Source of the DNA: Sphagnum compactum
Lineage: Eukaryota
Direction of reading: 5' to 3'
DNA: 64,000 nt
Assembly (NCBI GenBank): GCA_965153455.1
Contig: OZ234494.1
Coordinates: 7,936,001 to 8,000,000, forward strand
Positions within the stretch are counted from its first letter, which is position 1; the number at the start of each line of letters is the position of its first letter. Shown here one piece after another: positions 1 through 13,005 of this stretch. The notes beneath the pieces were generated by a model. The model saw nothing but the letters and a program-made list of their open reading frames with translations. It was not told the origin of the DNA and did no database searches. The translations under genes were made by a program, and so were the position numbers.

Positions 1-399
1 TATTTAACATAAATAATGATGAATTATTGAAAACCATATGAAAACAATAAGAAAAAATAAAATAATTCATTGTCACTGGTAGTGCGCAGCAGTGTGGAGC
101 TCAAGTTGATAAATAGGTATAAGGCAGAAAACAAGCTGCCAAGGAGCCAGATAAAAGGCCAAAGCCAAGGTGGGCTTGATTCCAATAATGCCCCTGGCTG
201 AGTTAATTGTTTTTTGAGTGATGGGCCAATCAAATTGACGATTTAAATGATCACTGGTCTGACACTTCTGAGCTTTGGGGGGGGGGGGGGGGGGGGGATT
301 TCACCAAATGATGACTTTTTTTTCTTTTTTTTTTTTTCCAAAGTGGCAAAAGTTAAGTGTTTTTTGTTGCCAAAATTCTAATTTTTGTGGCCAGATTCT

Positions 400-1470
400 A
401 TACTAAGTTCCAGCAGGTAGGTAGCCCAAAATAAAGAAGGAATGCTAAGTGTTTTGTTATGTACTTTCATATTTTCTAATAGCCAAACATGGTTAAATCA
501 TCTTATGGAGGATCGCCATTTGGGCTACAGTACAAAATTGGAAAATAAAAAACCTGGGTCACCGTCACCGACTCCTCCCACTAACTGAACGTGCTATGAA
601 GAACATATTGAGGAACACAATGGGAACAGTTATGGGAACCCATTGGGAACACATTGGGAGCCAAGAAAAAATGAAAAAAAATGAGAAAAAAAATATTAAT
701 TAGGGAAGTTAGAGTAAAATTTACCGTCAGTGAGGAACGCCTCGTTAGGTACGCGTCGTCCCTGATTGTTTAGCGTGGTATCCAAGATCCTCAAAATGCC
801 GGCGCTAGACTCTACCCAACGCTGTTGCTTAATAAATGCCCAACTGCAGTTACTGTTGCATTCTCTAGACGTGTAGGCGCCAGTATTTTCGCCAAGAAAC
901 AATTCGCCACTTGGCGACCGAAGAAAATACAGGGCCTGCGATTTTCTGGAAAGGATTTTCTGGGGAAAAATCCTCCCAAATTCGCCAGATTTCTAGGAAA
1001 AACAACTGTTGAGATCGCCATATTTAGACGACTCTATATAGGTCCTTTTGCAAGTTGCCAGTATTCTACTTTTTTTTCTGACCTGTAGCCAGATTTTGGC
1101 TAAGTCCTCTTGTGGAGTATCGCCAGTTCACCTACCTCATGAAATTTGGGGAAAAAAAAACCCCCCTGAAACTTGGCGAACTTATTAGTGACGGTCAAGT
1201 GTTATTTTTGTCAATTTTGTATTATAGCCAAAGTGGCGATGATCAACAGGCAGATTTAATCAGATTTGGCTTCAAGCTAAATATGAAAGTAAAATTTTGA
1301 AACATCCTTCTATATTTCTGGCTACTCTACATGAAGCATATATAAAAATCTGGCAATTTTTCTTAAATTTTGGTAGAATTATGGCTATTGAAAATCTCGA
1401 CAACCACATGATTTTATCTCTTTTTAAAATTTTATTCTATCTTTTTGGCTATATAAAGCCAGCCAAAACA
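400..1470. repeat. Cluster of a short dispersed repeat family upstream of the TRM gene
   Basis: Motif TAGCCAAAGTGGCGATGATC...AGATTTGGCT...ATATGAAAGT at about 1224-1290, with an inverted copy at about 462-530. Related copies at about 12368, 32600, 38935-39000 and 60600. Confidence 0.65.
596..662 (+). repeat. Short degenerate tandem repeat (GGGAACxCATT-like unit, about 13-14 bp)
   Basis: gaacatattg aggaacacaatg ggaacagttatg ggaacccattg ggaacacattgggag. Confidence 0.6.
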
Positions 1471-1797
1471 GATCTGATCTTTCTTCTCCCATCCCTTCTT
1501 CTGTTGCATCTCCCCATGTGTCGCTTTGCTTCCTGATCCATCTCTCATCTCGATCTTTCCTCTCTTTGATGTTGTTGGAATTGGCTCGGCTTTGTTATTG
1601 GATATGAGCAGCGTCTACAAGTTTCGTGTGGAGGTTTCGCAGCTCAACTGCAGGCATTGCGGGATTTCTTTGATTATTGAAGCGCTTGAAAACCGAGCAG
1701 CATCTCGACGTAAAAGCAAAGAAACTGATTCTGTTGCATTGTGTTGTTGTGACGTTGCGGCACCAGTCGCGGGAAAAAGAAGAAGAAGAAGAAGATC

Positions 1798-1981
1798 ATG
1801 GCAGATGTCGATCAGGGCAGCAGATCTTCTTCTACTCCGGTAGCTAATTTCCACACCATGCAGCACGCTCCTCCGGTGGTGAGAGTTGGCAGTTGTGTGA
1901 ACGCGTTCTTGCAGCTGTTCGAACGGAATTCTTTAAGCAAGCGCTTCTCCTTAACTCCTTCCAATCACCGCCTCTCGAGAG
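1798..1981 (+). CDS. TRM (TON1-recruiting motif)/LONGIFOLIA-like DUF4378 protein, exon 1
   Basis: ATG at 1798. GSCVNAFLQLFE resembles the TRM N-terminal GCxxxFLQLFDW motif. Donor G|GTATGT at 1982 (phase 1). Confidence 0.7.
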
Positions 1982-2714
1982 GTATGTATATATCATTTGC
2001 AGCAAATGCACACCATTTTGTCATGCACTGATCATCGTCGGCATGGTTTCATGACGATCCCGTGCTTGACAAGTGATTACGACAAGGTTTTGTTTGGAAG
2101 TTCGCCTTGATGGCATCTAGAAGATTCATCGGCCTGTACGTTGTTTACTAGTGTAATGGCTACAGCATGCTGTCATTCATGTGTGCGTCACAACAGAACT
2201 GTGCCGCGCTAGCATCCTCAAAAGGTCGCTGCCCTGGAGCAGTTTCATCAGGATCCGTTTTGATCGATGCAAGTCATGCAAGTCCACTACATTTCCGGAC
2301 GAACAGGCATCTACCCTGTCAGATTATAGGTTTCATCAAGGCTCACAAGTTGCTGCAGATGAGCGCAAATTTGCTCTGGTTTCTTCAGGGACTTGTGGTA
2401 TTGATCTTGACGTGCAGGTGTAGCTAAAAAGCACTGTAGATTGGGGATGCAGCACTTGGGAAATTTGTGCTTTAGGCATGTACTGACGATGCTATTGGAT
2501 TCTCCTGCCTGATGATGTCAAAGAAGTTTCCTTTTTCCTTCAGAAAGCCCCAACTAGCTGCACTTCTTGGTACCCATGCTGTATACTGCACCAATTGGAC
2601 AAACTTGCAATCTGCAATACCAACAGGTTATGGCAGTCTGCAGACCCAATTCTATCTTTCGCCTTCATAATTTTCTGCTCTGTTTCTCTCATATTAATTC
2701 TATGCTGGGAACAG

Positions 2715-2785
2715 ATGGAAGCAGAAAAATCTCCAGGAGAAGTCTCAAGCTGGAGGATCACCCTGCACCAGCTTTGCATCTCCTG
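2715..2785 (+). CDS. TRM/DUF4378 protein, exon 2
   Basis: AACAG acceptor ending 2714 and CTG|GTGAAG donor at 2786. Phase 1 in and phase 0 out join exon 1 to exon 3 in frame (DGSRKISRRSLKLEDHPAPALHLL). Confidence 0.6.
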
Positions 2786-2980
2786 GTGAAGTTGCTCATC
2801 CTTCCACTCTTTTGGATTGGAGTGGGGTTGCTGTTTGTGCCTTAGGGCAACTCGTTCTTATGCTTTATTAGAGGATCCAATAATGGTCATTCTTGCACCT
2901 TCATCAATGTGCATTGATCATGTCTATTCTCTCCTGGCCATGTGTATGTCATCTGCTAAGAATTTGGAATTTGTGATCAG

Positions 2981-5842
2981 ACTTGTGAAGCTGAAATCAA
3001 AGAAGGATTTCCATTGCCCAAGACTGGGAGAACCGCTTCATCTATGATTATTGCCAACAACAAAGCGCCTGGGATGGTGGCTCAACCTACAGACTTGGAG
3101 TCTCTTCCCCATGGAATGTCTCACACCAGAACTATGGAGATGGAGACTGACTCTATTGATATCAGAATATCTCCCTTAGAAGAAAGTGATGTGAGATCGA
3201 AGTCCCCTGCAGTGCTTCAGGAGTTGCTAAGGTGTGAAATGAGGACCTCAGAAAAGGCACTGAAAGCTAAGTTGCCAGGGTTTGGAAGGGAGATTGTGGA
3301 TCAGCTGGAGAGAAGAGATACAGAGAAGGATGCAGGACAGAAATCACAGTTGTTTAGTCAAGAGAAGTCTCTAGCTCCACATGATTGTTCCGGGCCTCAG
3401 GACAGTGTGCAACAACAGCCTCTGCTGGAAAGGAAGGATGACAAGCAAACAATTGTGCCACACTGCATTTTACCCCCTTGCCCACTAGACCCTTCTTTGC
3501 TCTCTTCAAATTCACATAGCCAAATGTCATTGCCCCTAAAGAGTCCATTGGCTAACAAGGGCACGGCTTGTCTTCTGGAAGCTGCTGTGAAAATCTTGGA
3601 GCCTGACATGCAATCATGCGTTTGTGCTCAAGCTTCAAATGCCCAGCAACCACCAGCAAGTGTTCCATCTGTTCCTCATCCACACAATAGGAATGGCACA
3701 AGTTCTGGAGGTGAAGGAGTCTCACATCTAGTGGCTAGTGAGACTGCAAGGACAGTGAGAAGCAGTGGTTATAGCAGCGCCACCTTTTCCAATTTGAGTG
3801 CCAGCAAAGCACTCTGCGGCCAATCAATGAGTAGAATTTGGAATGGAACAGAAGATAGTGAATTGAGTAGTGCTGGGATAGATGAATCACAATACAATCA
3901 TGGCTCTGTTTCATTTCTTGACTCTTGCAGATATAACTGTGAATGTAGGGGATGTTTTGATAGTGCTCTAGGAACCCAGGCACGATGTCTCTCACCTCCT
4001 GGCAAAGCTTGCTCAAATAAAGCAGTAAACATCAAAAGTGGCAATTACCTGGAGGTAATTAGTGGATTGGCAACATCCAAGACCAATGAGGCTTCCATGC
4101 AAAAGTTCAAATCTGAAGTGAGAAACTACTCAGATCCATGGTCTGCCAGGGCATCAGAGAGGCTCACCACAACTTCCAGTTGTGCAGCCAATCCTGACTA
4201 TCAGAAAACATATGAGGTAAATGTGCAACACCAAGCAAGACCATTGCTGTCTTTCTCCTTTGGGAAGCCAGAGAGCATGGTAACAGACTGTCCAGATTTC
4301 AACAAGGTACCTGAACCTGTTAGTCCTCAGGTTCCAGTTCCATCTATACCTCCCATCTCACAAAAACACATGCTTTCTGGCATTGCAGTGAGTAGGAATG
4401 GAGGCTGTGGATACTGTGAGGCATTTGCTTCCACTATGCCAAATCCTGTGCTTGCAGCTAGTGAATTTGCCTCACAATCAACCACAAAGGAAGAGGTTCT
4501 CACAAGGGACCTGCAACCACAAGGTCCAACATTGTCACAGGCTCCTGCACAAAAGCAAATTACTGGTACTACTGACATGCCATGTGACAGGAGACCATCT
4601 TCAAATGGTGGAATGCGGGCAGTCAGGGCACTTTGGGGGACTGTTGCAAAACCAGACAAGGAAGAGATTTTGCTGAGACAACAGGCCTTCCCAACAGAGA
4701 GCACAGTGAGATTGGACTTGTCCCATGGAGGTCTACAAGGTCAGCGTGTGCCAGAGTGTTTGTCATCAGCAACTCAGGAAGAAAATGTGTTTCATAAACT
4801 AGCAGAGATGACAAGGATTAGCTACAATAAACTGTTTGGTGTTCGAAGGGATGGAAACAGATCTGCCTGTCAGAAAGCTGTGGTGGTACCAAAAGGATGT
4901 GAAACAGTCCAGTCAGTTCTTCAGCAACAATCTGTCCCTTATACTGTTCCTCCAAGATGCATTACAAAATCAATTGTTGATATCATGGACATTGTCAATC
5001 CAAAGGTGTTTAGCACAAAGAGTTGTACACCAGAGATCCATCAGTTCAAGACCACTCTAGATCAAAGAGTAGCAGCAGTGGTTCAAAATACATCAGTGGA
5101 ATTCAGTGGAGGGTGTTTCAGAGAATGCCCAACAGACAAAAATGCAGTAAGGGTTAGGGAAGAAATATTTGACTCAGCAACCTGTGTTAAGCTTGAGAGT
5201 AAGCAGTTTGAATGTAGGGTCACTCCATTGCACAGTAGGGCAAGAAGCATTGATGAGGTATTTCCTGAGCTTCCCTTGGACTCAGATCTAACAGCATCAA
5301 AATCCCACACATCTGAAAATGGAGTATTTTGCGAATTCGATGTGTTTAAGCTGAATCACCAGGATCTTGAAGCACTAGGTCAGAAGCCAGGTCAATGTAT
5401 GTTTGATAAGGGCCTAGCCTCATATATGGCTCCCTTCATCAATAGAAGTGCAATTACAGCACCATGTGATGAGTGGGAAACCGATGGTCATAAGAAAGGG
5501 GTGCTACCAAACAAAGGTGCTTCAGCTGACTGTAATCAGGAAACTTGTCCAGTGGTGCACACTTTGGCTGGTGATGTTGGTGTTTTGTTTCCACGTAAAG
5601 AATCAAATTTGAAGTTGTTTGCAAAAGTTTTAGAGGATCTACATGCACAGAATGAGATTGAAAAGTGGAGGAGAAGTCTTTCACTGATGGGGTTAGTCTC
5701 AGAGAACCAGGCTTGTAACAGCACAGTGGATTCTCCACATGATTTGTTAAATATAGGGGACACATTTAATGCTGAGACTGGTGGTGCCTGGAGTCCTACT
5801 GCAGCTGAGGATTCTGCAGATGGCACAGCTGAAATGTCAGAG
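2981..5842 (+). CDS. TRM/DUF4378 protein, large exon 3
   Basis: ATCAG acceptor ending 2980, in frame with the 944-aa ORF. KAPGMVAQPTDLESLP resembles a degenerate VARLMGL motif, LLEAAVKILEP is present, and the donor GAG|GTATAA lies at 5843. Confidence 0.85.
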
Positions 5843-5903
5843 GTATAATGTGAATGCCTTGTGAGACCAGTCTTCTCCACTTGCCATTTTTCTTCGTTTG
5901 CAG

Positions 5904-6180
5904 ACATGGTACATTGACAAGTTTGTTTTATTATTGGAGCCAAGTGAACCAACTGGTTTTCTTATGTTGTCTGTGTCTGGTGAAATGCAGCATGATCTAG
6001 GGTCCTCAAATCCTGGGACTGGTGAAGGATGCCTGTCACTGATTCTAATGAATTGGTTTGTGGAGAGGAGTGATGATTTTTCAACAGGTGTTGAAGAGGG
6101 TCAGCAACTAAACCCTGTTTCAGTCTTGGACTCCCCTTTGCATGATGAAGTTTCCACCACTTCTGAACCAAGCCTTGCAG
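5904..6180 (+). CDS. TRM/DUF4378 protein, exon 4 (5' boundary uncertain: 5904 or 6066)
   Basis: Encodes QQLNPVSVLDSP (TRM M3 SPVSVL-type motif). The donor CAG|GTCATG at 6181 is phase 1 and matches the next acceptor. Confidence 0.6.
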
Positions 6181-6311
6181 GTCATGTTATGGTCCTTCTC
6201 TTAGTCCATGCAACACATTTGATTCGGCCTAGTTTGGCACTTGCTGGGACCCCTCTATATGTCATTCATGAGTTTTAACCAAACATGGTGCGCTTATACT
6301 TGTGATTGCAG

Positions 6312-7120
6312 AGTCAGAGCAACAACTGGATAAAGTGCTTGAGCTTCACAACACACATGTGGGTATTCAACCTTCTTCACATGACGTCAAAAAAGCATGT
6401 GACTCTTTGCAGGAAAGTAAGCGCAGCAGCAGTCCTGTGGCTGAAATAAAAAGCATCAGGGAAAATGAGAAAAGTTGCCAAGCTATCTTAGAAATCTCTG
6501 AGTTTCAAAATGTGGACCTACATGGCAGATTATTGAAGGCACATCTTCTTGTCCAAGAAAAGGAACAGAGCTTTGTCCAGGGAGTTCTTAGAGCTGCACA
6601 ACTTCTGTCAGAGAGTGAGAGTGCACTCAAGTGCTTTTTACCTGGCTTACCTATGGACCCAACACTTTTCGATAGACTAGAAAGTGATGATGCGGAACAA
6701 AAAAATCTTGGAGGTGCAAGTGTCAGCTTGTCCCGGACAAGCTCTCATTACCAATATGGAGCCTTATTGCAATGTGACCACAAGCTTCTCTTTGACAGCA
6801 TGAATGAAGCTTTGGTTGCAGAAATTGACTCTTGTGGAGAGTTGAAGCCATGGGTGAACAGCATTCCAATGGTTTCAGATTTTGCACTTGGGCCAGGTGG
6901 ATGCAAACTAGTGGACAAAGTGTATGGAACAACTTGCAAGTGGAGGGAGCTGGCCTCAAATGCCATAGATAGCTTGATAGATAGAGACATGGCTTGTGGA
7001 TTATACAGGTGGAGCTACTATGAGCAGGAAATTGGAGACATAGCTTTAGAAATTGGAAGCACACTTTTTAGTCAGATGGTTGAGGAGGTTGTAAATGACT
7101 TAGCTGCTGTATTCAGTTAG
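6312..7120 (+). CDS. TRM/DUF4378 protein, last exon (DUF4378 domain, M2 motif)
   Basis: TTGCAG acceptor ending 6311 (phase 1). Contains DHKLLFDSMNEAL and the terminal EIGDIALEIGSTLFSQMVEEVVNDL, typical of DUF4378/TRM C-termini. TAG stop at 7118-7120. Confidence 0.88.
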
Positions 7121-10100
7121 AAATTTGCAGGGTCTACTCCTAGTCTGAGATCATTAATCATGGAGCTGCAAATTGTATACTGGGGGTTTGCCAAGGTTTT
7201 TGTGGGTGATGGATTGCCTGCACTGCAAAGTGGTCACACAAAGAATGGGAGTGCAGTGAGAATTTCTGACTGGTTTCGAAGGGCACCATATGGTTCTGTT
7301 CAGGTTGCAATTATGAAGTTACCTAAGAAGGTACATCATCCAAGCTTGCAATTTGTCTGTAGGTACATGTTAGCCATCTAATGGTGAAAGCTTGCTAAAT
7401 TTTTGTTCCAATACAGGGTGATTAGGAAGTTCAAATCTGAGAAGCTTTGTATAGATGGTGTTCTCATTGCAGATGTGAACAGCCAGCATCTGTGTTGTAG
7501 ATATGTGTTCTATGTCAGCAGTGACAGCTGCTCTTGCAGCAATCTTTTGCATACAACTGTGGACATTGGCTCTTTGGGTGCGATTGTCTTCAACCAGACT
7601 CTTCTTGTACAATTGGAGTCTGAGCTTTTCCTGCAGTTGTCTGGGTTCAAGATACAAGTCTAATAGGTGGGCTTGCATTGAGAATGGTACTGGGAAGGGT
7701 CGTGTGGTACTTCCAAGTTAAACTTCCATATAGTACTCAAAGGTGAAGTGTTAGCATCCGATCCATTGCTTCTGGTTACTGCTTTGTGTGCTCAAGGAAC
7801 ACTTTCACTTGTCAATCTGAGAACATGTTCCTCAGTTTATGGGTTTTAAGATGGTTCTTGAATTGGGTAGATCTGGATTATTGCAAGCTTATATACATTG
7901 TGCCTGGGGCTTATGGGAAGGAAAGAAGATATTATTGAGTCCAAAAATCATTTACTCAAGTAGAGGCTGTCACCCATTTTATTATTTTAAACGACCTTCA
8001 AATCAAGCTGAAAGACTTATGTGTGAATAAGTCTTTGCAAATTTTCAGAGCATTTGCCCCAGGTTTTTGGTCTAAAATGGATGCGCCACTATGTTACAAG
8101 TCTTGAATTGGTATTTGATTTTGTTAATAACTGTTGTTGGTTCCTGGTTTTAAATCTGTCTATCAAGAATGGTTGCTTGTTTGTTTTGTTTTGTTTTGTT
8201 TATCATGTAGAGATTTCACAACCACACTGCCTCTTGCTGCACTCTTGGTTCTGTTGGAAAACCCTTGATGATGAGTAGGGAGTGCACTGGACTGAGTCAG
8301 TTTCATAATGTTTTGATTCACAGTGGAGAAGTTATTTGAATATTGAACAAAATTTGCAATGAAGATTCATTTAAATCAAAACTAAAAAAATAAAGGGGAA
8401 ATTAAGCATGCTCTTGATATCATTGGAAAGCCCTAGTTAGTAGGATGTAATGAAGGTGGGGGAGATATTGAAAAGATATGATCTAATTCCAAAGCTAAGA
8501 ATGTTTTTTGAATAATTTTTCGTGCATGGTATTAACTTTTAAGTTGTTAATGGTACTCTTTTAAATGATAATATTTATATAGTAGGGCAAACTTGTTACT
8601 ATTATAGAAAATCTTGTGGTGCGTGTACTAACATAATTTGACACTTGTCATAATTTTCACATGTTTAAGGTGGAGTCTATGTTTATTACTTTACATGTTA
8701 TTTTAATCTCTTAACATGGACTTGTGCCAAAATAGTCATAAATTGATTTTTTTAACATGCAAACAAATATATATGAAGGAAATAATTATACCTATGAAAT
8801 GTTACTATGCCTTTAAAACATTGTTAGAGATGTTAGCATTCGATGAGATGTTACAATTTACACTCCACCAAAAGCTTTAGTATAAATGGTATGTGGAAGT
8901 GAATGATCGTATTAAAAATTGGGCTTTGGTTGGAATGCATAACCATCTAGCTTTGGTTCGCATTGGGCTTACAATACAACCTTAAAATGATGAAAATGAT
9001 TTCATGTGAGAGTGTCAAAGATAACCAATCTTCTAAACAATCAATCACTACCATAATCAAAACTTGCATATTGAAATAACAATAACAATAGCCAAACAAA
9101 AGGTAGTCCTTGGGTAGCACAATGCACGTTGCCTTCCTTGCAACTATCAAATTTTACCAAATGGAGAAGAATACATGAACAAATTCAACAACAAATAGAA
9201 CAAAACAAGATTGCACACTTTTCAATTTTTATAATGTTTTCAAGTTATGCTCGTTGCATGGGAACCCTTGCCATGGTTGGTTTCACTTCAATGCCTCTTT
9301 GTTAATGTTACAATCATCCCCCTTTTTTAGTTGGGTGTTTTTATTTAACACCTTAAAAAATTGAAGTTTTTTTGCCACAATCTTTTCATGAAACTTACAT
9401 TGAACATATAATGATAGATGATTTTTTGCATGACACGTTACAATGTAGCATATATTTTATTGCAAAATTTTCAAGCTTGTAATGAAAATTTTGGACCAAC
9501 ATATATATCATAATAATTGAAATAAATAATAAATATTGAATATATATGTTATACACCTAAATAAAGTTACAAAAACATGGTTGAAATAAATTTGTTATGA
9601 GATAGTTGTACAATGCACACCTAGTTGATGTCGCCTTTGATGTTGTGAACGTTTCCAAATGTGCCCATCTGTAACAAATTTGTTGTAACAATGTTTATTA
9701 TAGGTTTTGATTTAAAGTGTAAAGTATCTGAAAAGTAACTGCTCTTTCAACATATGAACTCAAAAAATTCATCACTAATTCAAAATGAAAATCATTAACA
9801 AATTGTAATTGTATCTATTTTATAATATAAGTAAAACCAATTAAAATCATTTGGACACAAAGATAGTAATTACCACTAAACTCAAATGTGAATTTTTTTG
9901 TCGATAATTTTATGTAAGATTTTCAGCAAAAAAAATTTAAGCTAACAACATCTACATCATAACAAGTTACCATAAGATTATAAATATGTTCAACTTTAAA
10001 ATGTTGTATGACTTTCAATGCAAAGATAAGTTGCTATAATTTTTCAACACCTTGAACACTTACTTCGAGTATGAGAACAATCATTTTCTAAATCATTCAT

Positions 10101-11539
10101 GAATCATATTGTCACTATGAATGTGTTAACTACTTGACAACAATGCCCATTTCTCAGTGGCAAGAACTAAGAATACATGAAAACCAATACCGACCCAAAA
10201 AGAAAAACTATACCAACCAAGGACACTTTTGTACTTCTAGACTCTATGTCTTTCCTAGGGTTCATAACATGTTGAAGAGCAATCACTTTCCAGATTCCTT
10301 ACACATCCAACCAAAAACCCATAAATAAACAACGTGCATTTGTGTGTGTACTGTAGAACCATGCAAAAATGAAGTTTTTCTAACAAGCTTTTGAAAAAGG
10401 AAAAAGAAAAAAAAGATGTCAGCAAATTGTAAGTGGAAAGGATATGGAAGAAAGAGCATCTTGGAAGAAGACATGGAAGAAAGGGGACTCAGTCTTTGTG
10501 AACCCTGTGGGCTGGCTAGGGATACAATCATAAGGAGCTGACTACAAATCACATGCAGGCTGCAACTGAGTTTCAATCATATGAAACCTCCATAGCTGCT
10601 GCAGCCTTGATATAGCTGATGAAAAAGTGCAGCAGACTAGAGCTAGAGCACTGGATTTCCTAAATGCTCATAGACTCACCGGGACCTGGGAAAAAGGGCA
10701 GACTATGTAAAAGGCTGGATGGAAGGTTTCAACTTTCAACAGTCTCAGAACTCTTGGCACAAAATTATTAACAAAAAGTTTAACTGGGCCAAAAATCACG
10801 GCTTTGAAGCCAAAAACAATTGAACCCAATTGCATCATATTGTATAAATTTGTATCGAATGAAGATGAAGATACCTATTCGTCACCCTTGACCTTACATG
10901 GTGTCGTCACGATCTGATAGAGTATTGGTGACAATGTAGCCATTTGGCAATTGTTTCTCTCAGCTTGTTCACATATTTTTGTTTAAAAAGAAGCAAACAA
11001 AAGCCTGATCCTGTATTTTGAGATCACAAACTCTGGAGCAATATCGAGGCTGCACCACTAGATCTTAGGCCACATACCGCATTGGTAATTGTGCTGCACC
11101 TGCATCTGGTCAAGCATGTTCGAGGTGAAGTTTTTTGGGCCACAAGTTGTTGTATCTCACAACTTGGAACAAGTGGTTGCCATTTGGGAGTTTTGCTTAA
11201 AAATTGATTATCTTTTATTCTGTAACTTCGAAGGTTCTTATGAAAGCCAGCCAGATTATCCCAAAAAGGATCTCTCTCTCTCTCTCTCTCTCTAGCTAAG
11301 CTTTTTTGCTTTCTCCAAGACCTTGGACAGAATCAGAATGAGTACACACTACACACACACAAGTACCATTCTATACTTAAAAAAGTCTGCAGCATTTTTC
11401 TGTAATTTAAGGTCTTAAAAAGTTGGACATGACATGTGGAAAAGTGGAATTTTCTGTAATTTAAGGTCTTGAAATATCTGCCATTCAAGTCGTAAGTAAA
11501 CTAAGCATTTGTGCTCAACATGGCGTCGGCTAGATCAGC

Positions 11540-11716
11540 ATGGGATACGTTTCACCACTAATATGCATATATATATATATATATATATGTCTTTCAGACT
11601 TCACCGCTGCTACTCACTACTACAACTACTAGTCATATGGGATAGGTTTCACCGCTAATATCTTTCAGACTTCACCGCCGCTACTCACTACTACGAACTA
11701 CTACAACTACTAGTCG
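11540..11716 (+). repeat. Local tandem duplication (about 80-97 bp, two copies; the first contains an (AT)n expansion)
   Basis: ATGGGATA-GTTTCACC-CTAATAT...TCTTTCAGACTTCACCGC-GCTACTCACTACTAC...ACAACTACTAGTC occurs twice. Confidence 0.75.
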
Positions 11717-12631
11717 CATGTAAATAATTTTTCATTGGTTTTTGGGTCATGTTGTTGTTGCCCACACTACTACTATTACTACATTGTGATCCATAGAACA
11801 CTCTTCCCCTGTCCCCCACCCATTGCTTGTCTTGCACGGCACAAAAGGTGACAACAACAGGGTCAGTCAGGGCTGGCCCCAGGGGGAAGGGAAACAAGGC
11901 TAGGTAGTAGGCTCACCGAAAATCAAGTCGGTGAACCTAATATGCTGACAACAACATAGAAAAATCAAATCGTAGATTTTTACACTGAATCGAGCGAGAG
12001 ACATATCTTGATATGCTTTTCCAGAGGTTAAAACATTTGGGTACACATGATTCATTCATTGTGGCTAAATGACTACCAAGATTATTTATTGGTACTCCGG
12101 AGGAGTACCGTATAGGGTTTTGATTCAATCTCAAAAAAATTTGTAAGAGAAATATGTTCTCTGCAAACTAGGTACATAAGAAAGAGATTTTTTTCATTAC
12201 TGACAAAATTGGGGATAATTGGTAACTATTTATTTGGTTGATGACCATAAGAAGTTTGCTTCAAAACACTTCATAAACCATTAATTCCAATTTCTTATTA
12301 TGTGCATAAAGCCTTTGAAGAGGGGTTTCTTTTTTTTCTTTTCTTTTTTTTGATAATTTAATTTGTGATGTAGCCAAACTGGCAATCATTCACAAGAGAA
12401 GAAATGTGGAAAATTCACCACCAAAAAAAAACACTGTTCTTGAATCTTGTCCTGGCAATTTCCTGGCTAGCTTTCCCCCAGTTGGTCCCTGAAGTTTGCA
12501 GATGGTAAGGGCTGCCCCCATTGAGGGCAAAGCTTGCAACCATTGATAATGGCCTCAATGAGGAGCCTTACAACCCCGTGCAAAAACTAAAAACCACTTG
12601 AAACTAATGAAAACGGTAAAGTCCAGCTGTT

Positions 12632-13005
12632 AAGGGGCCTTATGAATTTTAATGGCCGTCCATTGGTCATGCTAAAACCGAGAAAAATTCTGCTGCAAGA
12701 AGAAATGCAAAACAACAGCAGATTTTTAGGACTCCATTAAGGGCCTGCTTGTTGTCAAGGGGCCTTATGAATTTAATGGGTAGTGCTCAAAACCGAGAAA
12801 AAATTTCTGCTGAACTGCTGCAATAAAGAAATGCAAAACAACACCAGATTTTTAGGACTCCATGAAGGGCCTGCTTGTTGTCAAGGGGCCTTATGAATTT
12901 AATGGGTAGTGCTCAAAACCCAGAAAAATTCTGCTGAACAATTGCTGCAAGAAAGAAATGCAAACCAACAAGAGATTTTTAGGACCCCATTAAGGGCCTG
13001 CTTGT
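12632..13005 (+). repeat. Tandem repeat, about 125-bp unit, 3 copies
   Basis: AAGGGGCCTTATGAATTT recurs at about 12632, 12757 and 12883. Each copy continues AAAACC.AGAAAAA..TTCTGCTG...GAAATGCAAA..AACA..AGATTTTTAGGAC.CCAT.AAGGGCCTGCTTGT. Confidence 0.9.

Noticed and set aside
698-875. Possible Helitron-like 3' end (short palindrome then CTAG)
   Set aside because: The hairpin is weak and no matching 5' end or second copy is visible.
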